DNA from: Bilabrum cf. latius
Taxonomy: Eukaryota
Assembly (NCBI GenBank): GCA_965178125.1
Contig: OZ237738.1
Span: forward strand, 1,612,001-1,655,333
Direction: 5' to 3'
DNA length: 43,333 bases
Both the position numbers and the translations under genes were made by a program. The notes beneath the pieces are model-generated. The model worked only from the letters and a program-made list of their open reading frames with translations. It searched no databases and was not told the DNA's origin. Within the stretch, counting starts at the first letter, position 1. Each line of letters begins with the position of its first letter. This document shows, in pieces, positions 35,849 through 43,333 of the stretch.

Positions 35849-36220
35849 TCCGTGGCCCTCGACTGAGTGTCACACGAACACCATGCCCTCATCCATGGCC
35901 CTCGCAGCCCGCCGACTGAGTGTCACACGAACACCATTCCCTCATCCATGGCCCTCGCAGCCCGCCGACTGAGTGTCACACGAACACCATGCTTTCACCC
36001 ATGGCCCTCGCAGCCCACCGACTGAGTGTCACACGAACACCATGCTTTCACCCATGGCCCTCGCAGCCCACCGACTGAGTGTCACACGAACACCATGCTT
36101 TCACCCATGGCCCTCGCAGCCCACCGACTGAGTGTCACACGAACACCATGCCCTCATCCATGGCCCTCGCAGCCCGCCGACTGAGTGTCACACGAACACC
36201 ATGCCCTCATCCATGGCCCT
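35849..36220. repeat. Subtelomeric tandem repeat, 53-bp unit, about 7 copies
   Basis: Unit GACTGAGTGTCACACGAACACCATGCCCTCATCCATGGCCCTCGCAGCCCGCC starts at 35861, 35914, 35967, 36020, 36073, 36126 and 36179. The last copy is truncated at the telomere. Confidence 0.95.
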
Positions 36221-36736
36221 AAGGGTTAAGGGTTAGGGTTAGGGTTAGGGTTAGGGTTAGGGTTAGGGTTAGGGTTAGGGTTAGGGTTAGGGTTAGGGTT
36301 AGGGTTAGGGTTAGGGTTAGGGTTAGGGTTAGGGTTAGGGTTAGGGTTAGGGTTAGGGTTAGGGTTAGGGTTAGGGTTAGGGTTAGGGTTAGGGTTAGGG
36401 TTAGGGTTAGGGTTAGGGTTAGGGTTAGGGTTAGGGTTAGGGTTAGGGTTAGGGTTAGGGTTAGGGTTAGGGTTAGGGTTAGGGTTAGGGTTAGGGTTAG
36501 GGTTAGGGTTAGGGTTAGGTTAGGGTTAGGGTTAGGGTTAGGGTTAGGGTTAGGGTTAGGGTTAGGGTTAGGGTTAGGGTTAGGGTTAGGGTTAGGGTTA
36601 GGGTTAGGGTTAGGGTTAGGGTTAGGGTTAGGGTTAGGGTTAGGGTTAGGGTTAGGGTTAGGGTTAGGGTTAGGGTTAGGGTTAGGGTTAGGGTTAGGGT
36701 TAGGGTTAGGGTTAGGGTTAGGGTTAGGGTTAGGGT
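36220..36736 (+). repeat. Telomeric repeat tract 1, (TTAGGG)n
   Basis: Continuous TTAGGG with variant units TAAGGG/TTAAGGG at the start and one TTAGG near 36515. Confidence 0.98.
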
Positions 36737-37509
36737 ATCTAATATAAAGTCAGGGACAGGGTCGGGGAAAAAATATTTTCATCTTCAATATTTGTCGAAA
36801 AACGACGTGCTACGATCTCGGCAACTACAGGTGATATGAAGACCGTTCAAACTGCATCGGGACGGCCTGGGGGCACAACATGGGCCAAATGTTCCCCAGG
36901 TTCCGTTCTGGCCGCGCGGCGCCGATATGGGTGTATGAAGAATTTCACACCGAAAAACGACGTGCTACGATCTCGGCAACTACAGGTGATATGAAGACCG
37001 TTCAAACTGCATCGGGACGGCCTGGGGGCACAACATGGGCCAAATGTTCCCCAGGTTCCGTTCTGGCCGCGCGGCGCCGATATGGGTGTATGAAGAATTT
37101 CACACCGAAAAACGACGTGCTACGATCTCGGCAACTACAGGTGATATGAAGACCGTTCAAACTGCATCGGGACGGCCTGGGGGCACAACATGGGCCAAAT
37201 GTTCCCCAGGTTCCGTTCTGGCCGCGCGGCGCCGATATGGGTGTATGAAGAATTTCACACCGAAAAACGACGTGCTACGATCTCGGCAACTACAGGTGAT
37301 ATGAAGACCGTTCAAACTGCATCGGGACGGCCTGGGGGCACAACATGGGCCAAATATTCCCCAGGTTCCGTTCTGGCCGCGCGGCGCTGATATGGGTGTA
37401 TGAAGATTTGCATGTCTATTCAATATGCATGGTTTATCTGTCAATTGTAGAATGGGGATGGTGTACATGACAGTTGTATTTGCTGTGTGGATTGCTTTGA
37501 TCTAAGGTA
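36737..37509. repeat. Telomere-embedded cassette A1: conserved leader, about 4 copies of 155-bp satellite subfamily A (36796..37406), about 100-bp AT-rich tail
   Basis: Leader ATCTAATATAAAGTCAGGGACAGGGTCGGGGAAAAAA. Monomers start CGAAAAACGACG at 36796, 36951, 37106 and 37261. Confidence 0.92.
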
Positions 37510-37762
37510 TTAGGGTTAAGGTTAGGGTTAGGGTTAGGGTTAGGGTTAGGGTTAGGGTTAGGGTTAGGGTTAGGGTTAGGGTTAGGGTTAGGGTTAGGGT
37601 TAGGGTTAGGGTTAGGGTTAGGGTTAGGGTTAGGGTTAGGGTTAGGGTTAGGGTTAGGGTTAGGGTTAGGGTTAGGGTTAGGGTTAGGGTTAGGGTTAGG
37701 GTTAGGGTTAGGGTTAGGGTTAGGGTTAGGGTTAGGGTTAGGGTTAGGGTTAGGGTTAGGGT
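37510..37762 (+). repeat. Telomeric repeat tract 2, (TTAGGG)n
   Basis: TTAGGG array with one TTAAGG variant as the second unit. Confidence 0.97.
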
Positions 37763-39516
37763 ATCTAATATAAAGTCAGGGACAGGGTCGGGGAAAAAAA
37801 ATTTTCATCTTCACTTTTTGTCGAAAAAATGCGCGCGACGATCTCGGCAACCAGATGAGATATGAGGACCGTTCAAACTGCATCGGGACGGCCTGGGGGT
37901 ACAATGTGGGGCAAATGTTCCCCAGGTTCCGTTTTGACCGCGCGGCGACAATATGGCTGGACGAAGATTGTCATGCAGAAAAAATGCGCGCAACGATCTC
38001 GGCAACCAGATGAGATATGAAGACTGTTCAAACTGCATCGGGACGGCCTGGGGGTACAATGTTAGGCAAATGTTCCCCAGGTTCCGTTTATACCGCGCGG
38101 CGACAATATGGCTGGACGAAGATTGTCATGCAGAAAAAATGCGCGCGACGATCTCGGCAACCAGATGAGATATGAAGACCGTTCAAACTGCATCGGGACG
38201 GCCTGGGACCACAACTGGGGGCAAATGTTCCCCAGGTTCCGTTTATACCGCGCGGCGACAATATGGCTGGACGAAGATTGTCATGCAGAAAAAATGCGCG
38301 CGGCGATCTCGGCAACCAGATGAGATATGAAGACCGTTCAAACTGCATCGGGACGGCCTGGGACCACAACTGGGGGCAAATGTTCCCCAGGTTCCGTTTA
38401 TACCGCGCGGCGACAATATGGCTGGACGAAGATTGTCATGCAGAAAAAATGCGCGCGACGATCTCGGCAACCAGATGAGATATGAAGACCGTTCATACTG
38501 CATCGGGACGGCCTGGGGGTACAATGTGGGGCAAATGTTCCCCAGATTCCGTTTTGACCGCGCGGCGACAGTATGGGGGGACGAAGATTTTCAGGCAGAA
38601 AAAATGCGCGCGGCGATCTCGGCAACCACAGGAGATATGAAGACCGTTCAAACTGCATCGGGACGGCCTGGGACCACAACTGGGGGCAAATGTTCCCCAG
38701 GTTCCGTTTATACCGCGCGGCGACAATATGGCTGGACGAAGATTGTCATGCAGAAAAAATGCGCGCGGCGATCTCGGCAACCAGATGAGATATGAAGACC
38801 GTTCAAACTGCATCGGGACGGCCTGGGACCACAACTGGGGGCAAATGTTCCCCAGGTTCCGTTTATTCCGCGCGGCGACAATATGGCTGGACGAAGATTG
38901 TCATGCAGAAAAAATGCGCGCGACGATCTCGGCAACCAGATGAGATATGAAGACCGTTCATACTGCATCGGGACGGCCTGGGGGTACAATGTGGGGCAAA
39001 TGTTCCCCAGATTCCGTTTTGACCGCGCGGCGACAGTATGGGGGGACGAAGATTTTCAGGCAGAAAAAATGCGCGCGGCGATCTCGGCAACCACAGGAGA
39101 TATGAAGACCGTTCAAACTGCATCGGGACGGCCTGGGACCACAACAGGGGGCAAATGTTCCCCAGGTTCCGTTTATACCGCGCGGCGACAGTATGGTGGG
39201 ACGAAGATTGTCATGCAGAAAAAATGCGCGCGGCGATCTCGGCAACCAGATGAGATATGAAGACCGTTCAAACTGCATCGGGACGGCCTGGGACCACAAC
39301 TGGGGGCAAATGTTCCCCGTGATTCTATTACATCAAGCATTGCAAGTATGGGGTTTGCACACCTACATGGTTGGGTTTGCATACGTACATGGGTTCGGGT
39401 TAGGTAAGAGGTTTTCCTTAGGGGCGTTCATTAGCTGTAAATGAGATTTCTTGATTTCAGCCGTTCATTCGCACTTTGAGTCATCATCATGTGTCATGTG
39501 TGCGAAGTTTGGAGAA
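37763..39516. repeat. Telomere-embedded cassette B1: same leader, about 9.7 copies of 155-bp satellite subfamily B (37822..39318), about 200-bp tail
   Basis: Monomers at 155-bp spacing from 37822. They share the core GATCTCGGCAAC...GATATGAAGACCGTTCAAACTGCATCGGGACGGCCTGGG...CAAATGTTCCCCAGGTTCCGTT with subfamily A. Confidence 0.92.
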
Positions 39517-39906
39517 TAGGGTTAGGGTTAGGGTTAGGGTTAGGGTTAGGGTTAGGGTTAGGGTTAGGGTTAGGGTTAGGGTTAGGGTTAGGGTTAGGGT
39601 TAGGGTTAGGGTTAGGGTTAGGGTTAGGGTTAGGGTTAGGGTTAGGGTTAGGGTTAGGGTTAGGGTTAGGGTTAGGGTTAGGGTTAGGGTTAGGGTTAGG
39701 GTTAGGGTTAGGGTTAGGGTTAGGGTTAGGGTTAGGGTTAGGGTTAGGGTTAGGGTTAGGGTTAGGGTTAGGGTTAGGGTTAGGGTTAGGGTTAGGGTTA
39801 GGGTTAGGGTTAGGGTTAGGGTTAGGGTTAGGGTTAGGGTTAGGGTTAGGGTTAGGGTTAGGGTTAGGGTTAGGGTTAGGGTTAGGGTTAGGGTTAGGGT
39901 TAGGGT
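39517..39906 (+). repeat. Telomeric repeat tract 3, (TTAGGG)n
   Basis: Pure TTAGGG array of about 390 bp. Confidence 0.97.
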
Positions 39907-40679
39907 ATCTAATATAAAGTCAGGGACAGGGTCGGGGAAAAAATATTTTCATCTTCAATATTTGTCGAAAAACGACGTGCTACGATCTCGGCAACTACAG
40001 GTGATATGAAGACCGTTCAAACTGCATCGGGACGGCCTGGGGGCACAACATGGGCCAAATGTTCCCCAGGTTCCGTTCTGGCCGCGCGGCGCCGATATGG
40101 GTGTATGAAGAATTTCACACCGAAAAACGACGTGCTACGATCTCGGCAACTACAGGTGATATGAAGACCGTTCAAACTGCATCGGGACGGCCTGGGGGCA
40201 CAACATGGGCCAAATGTTCCCCAGGTTCCGTTCTGGCCGCGCGGCGCCGATATGGGTGTATGAAGAATTTCACACCGAAAAACGACGTGCTACGATCTCG
40301 GCAACTACAGGTGATATGAAGACCGTTCAAACTGCATCGGGACGGCCTGGGGGCACAACATGGGCCAAATGTTCCCCAGGTTCCGTTCTGGCCGCGCGGC
40401 GCCGATATGGGTGTATGAAGAATTTCACACCGAAAAACGACGTGCTACGATCTCGGCAACTACAGGTGATATGAAGACCGTTCAAACTGCATCGGGACGG
40501 CCTGGGGGCACAACATGGGCCAAATATTCCCCAGGTTCCGTTCTGGCCGCGCGGCGCTGATATGGGTGTATGAAGATTTGCATGTCTATTCAATATGCAT
40601 GGTTTATCTGTCAATTGTAGAATGGGGATGGTGTACATGACAGTTGTATTTGCTGTGTGGATTGCTTTGATCTAAGGTA
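39907..40679. repeat. Cassette A2, copy of A1 at +3170 bp
   Basis: Sequence and spurious ORFs recur at exactly +3170 (36880 to 40050, 37157 to 40327). Confidence 0.92.
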
Positions 40680-40932
40680 TTAGGGTTAAGGTTAGGGTTA
40701 GGGTTAGGGTTAGGGTTAGGGTTAGGGTTAGGGTTAGGGTTAGGGTTAGGGTTAGGGTTAGGGTTAGGGTTAGGGTTAGGGTTAGGGTTAGGGTTAGGGT
40801 TAGGGTTAGGGTTAGGGTTAGGGTTAGGGTTAGGGTTAGGGTTAGGGTTAGGGTTAGGGTTAGGGTTAGGGTTAGGGTTAGGGTTAGGGTTAGGGTTAGG
40901 GTTAGGGTTAGGGTTAGGGTTAGGGTTAGGGT
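40680..40932 (+). repeat. Telomeric repeat tract 4, (TTAGGG)n
   Basis: Same length and same TTAAGG variant as tract 2. Confidence 0.97.
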
Positions 40933-42686
40933 ATCTAATATAAAGTCAGGGACAGGGTCGGGGAAAAAAAATTTTCATCTTCACTTTTTGTCGAAAAAAT
41001 GCGCGCGACGATCTCGGCAACCAGATGAGATATGAGGACCGTTCAAACTGCATCGGGACGGCCTGGGGGTACAATGTGGGGCAAATGTTCCCCAGGTTCC
41101 GTTTTGACCGCGCGGCGACAATATGGCTGGACGAAGATTGTCATGCAGAAAAAATGCGCGCAACGATCTCGGCAACCAGATGAGATATGAAGACTGTTCA
41201 AACTGCATCGGGACGGCCTGGGGGTACAATGTTAGGCAAATGTTCCCCAGGTTCCGTTTATACCGCGCGGCGACAATATGGCTGGACGAAGATTGTCATG
41301 CAGAAAAAATGCGCGCGACGATCTCGGCAACCAGATGAGATATGAAGACCGTTCAAACTGCATCGGGACGGCCTGGGACCACAACTGGGGGCAAATGTTC
41401 CCCAGGTTCCGTTTATACCGCGCGGCGACAATATGGCTGGACGAAGATTGTCATGCAGAAAAAATGCGCGCGGCGATCTCGGCAACCAGATGAGATATGA
41501 AGACCGTTCAAACTGCATCGGGACGGCCTGGGACCACAACTGGGGGCAAATGTTCCCCAGGTTCCGTTTATACCGCGCGGCGACAATATGGCTGGACGAA
41601 GATTGTCATGCAGAAAAAATGCGCGCGGCGATCTCGGCAACCAGATGAGATATGAAGACCGTTCATACTGCATCGGGACGGCCTGGGGGTACAATGTGGG
41701 GCAAATGTTCCCCAGATTCCGTTTTGACCGCGCGGCGACAGTATGGGGGGACGAAGATTTTCAGGCAGAAAAAATGCGCGCGGCGATCTCGGCAACCACA
41801 GGAGATATGAAGACCGTTCAAACTGCATCGGGACGGCCTGGGACCACAACTGGGGGCAAATGTTCCCCAGGTTCCGTTTATACCGCGCGGCGACAATATG
41901 GCTGGACGAAGATTGTCATGCAGAAAAAATGCGCGCGGCGATCTCGGCAACCAGATGAGATATGAAGACCGTTCAAACTGCATCGGGACGGCCTGGGACC
42001 ACAACTGGGGGCAAATGTTCCCCAGGTTCCGTTTATTCCGCGCGGCGACAATATGGCTGGACGAAGATTGTCATGCAGAAAAAATGCGCGCGACGATCTC
42101 GGCAACCAGATGAGATATGAAGACCGTTCATACTGCATCGGGACGGCCTGGGGGTACAATGTGGGGCAAATGTTCCCCAGATTCCGTTTTGACCGCGCGG
42201 CGACAGTATGGGGGGACGAAGATTTTCAGGCAGAAAAAATGCGCGCGGCGATCTCGGCAACCACAGGAGATATGAAGACCGTTCAAACTGCATCGGGACG
42301 GCCTGGGACCACAACAGGGGGCAAATGTTCCCCAGGTTCCGTTTATACCGCGCGGCGACAGTATGGTGGGACGAAGATTGTCATGCAGAAAAAATGCGCG
42401 CGGCGATCTCGGCAACCAGATGAGATATGAAGACCGTTCAAACTGCATCGGGACGGCCTGGGACCACAACTGGGGGCAAATGTTCCCCGTGATTCTATTA
42501 CATCAAGCATTGCAAGTATGGGGTTTGCACACCTACATGGTTGGGTTTGCATACGTACATGGGTTCGGGTTAGGTAAGAGGTTTTCCTTAGGGGCGTTCA
42601 TTAGCTGTAAATGAGATTTCTTGATTTCAGCCGTTCATTCGCACTTTGAGTCATCATCATGTGTCATGTGTGCGAAGTTTGGAGAA
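40933..42686. repeat. Cassette B2, copy of B1 at +3170 bp
   Basis: Recurs at +3170 (37811 to 40981). One substitution seen: A38458 versus G41628. Confidence 0.92.
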
Positions 42687-42963
42687 TAGGGTTAGGGGTT
42701 AGGGTTAGGGTTAGGGTTAGGGTTAGGGTTAGGGTTAGGGTTAGGGTTAGGGTTAGGGTTAGGGTTAGGGTTAGGGTTAGGGTTAGGGTTAGGGTTAGGG
42801 TTAGGGTTAGGGTTAGGGTTAGGGTTAGGGTTAGGGTTAGGGTTAGGGTTAGGGTTAGGGTTAGGGTTAGGGTTAGGGTTAGGGTTAGGGTTAGGGTTAG
42901 GGTTAGGGTTAGGGTTAGGGTTAGGGTTAGGGTTAGGGTTAGGGTTAGGGTTAGGGTTAGGGT
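42687..42963 (+). repeat. Telomeric repeat tract 5, (TTAGGG)n
   Basis: About 277 bp, with one TTAGGGG variant near 42695. Confidence 0.97.
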
Positions 42964-43004
42964 ATCTAATATAAAGTCAGGGACAGGGTCGGGGAAAAAA
43001 TATT
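42964..43004. repeat. Truncated leader-only cassette (A type)
   Basis: ATCTAATATAAAGTCAGGGACAGGGTCGGGGAAAAAATATT is followed directly by TAGGTTAGGG. Confidence 0.9.
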
Positions 43005-43333
43005 TAGGTTAGGGTTAGGGTTAGGGTTAGGGTTAGGGTTAGGGTTAGGGTTAGGGTTAGGGTTAGGGTTAGGGTTAGGGTTAGGGTTAGGGTTAGGGTT
43101 AGGGTTAGGGTTAGGGTTAGGGTTAGGGTTAGGGTTAGGGTTAGGGTTAGGGTTAGGGTTAGGGTTAGGGTTAGGGTTAGGGTTAGGGTTAGGGTTAGGG
43201 TTAGGGTTAGGGTTAGGGTTAGGGTTAGGGTTAGGGTTAGGGTTAGGGTTAGGGTTAGGGTTAGGGTTAGGGTTAGGGTTAGGGTTAGGGTTAGGGTTAG
43301 GGTTAGGGTTAGGGTTAGGGTTAGGGTTAGGGT
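43005..43333 (+). repeat. Terminal telomere tract, (TTAGGG)n, G-rich strand running 5' to 3' toward the window end
   Basis: TTAGGG continues to the last base; the orientation is that of a right chromosome end. Confidence 0.95.

Noticed and set aside
35849-36220. CRISPR array
   Set aside because: Whole 53-bp units repeat with no unique spacers, there are no cas genes, and the context is eukaryotic.
37851-37872. Hammerhead ribozyme in the repeats (CAGATGAG-ATAT-GAAGAC in subfamily B; CTGAGTGTCACACGAAC in the 53-mer)
   Set aside because: Neither matches the required CUGANGA...GAAA core, and I could not form the flanking stems. An Infernal search would settle it.
36880-43012. ORFs in the satellite and telomere (MGQMFPRFR..., poly-VR, poly-GL)
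   Set aside because: They are by-products of the 155-bp and 6-bp periodicity. The frame shifts with each monomer and no protein motifs are present.

Overview
Right-hand chromosome end of a GC-rich, gene-dense, intron-poor microbial eukaryote. It is probably a flagellated stramenopile-like protist; this is inferred from a HAD-IGPD fusion of the type known from Phytophthora, a tubulin polyglutamylase, TTAGGG telomeres and short GT-AG introns. Positions 1-35.8 kb hold 14 protein genes: HAD-IGPD (His synthesis), MRI1, a putative glycoside hydrolase, a DEAD-box helicase, a TTLL, a U1-type zinc-finger protein, mitoribosomal mL54, MTHFR, kish/TMEM167, RPL13A, a PSTAIRE CDK, a CCDC82/DUF4211-like protein and two long hypothetical proteins. 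The main result is that the fragmented ORF track reflects a non-standard nuclear genetic code. About 70 in-frame TAG codons occur in 13 of the 14 genes, several at conserved Gln positions (DEAD Q-motif, MRI1 DQRxLP, MTHFR GDPxxGQ). All 14 gene models end in TAA or TGA, so UAG reads as Gln while UAA and UGA remain stops. From 35.85 kb there is a 53-bp tandem repeat, then a composite telomere. Its (TTAGGG)n tracts are interrupted by cassettes that share one leader and junction and carry two subfamilies of a 155-bp satellite, arranged as a 3170-bp higher-order duplication. The window ends with a truncated, re-capped cassette and the terminal telomere tract. All coordinates and translations were done by hand, without database searches.
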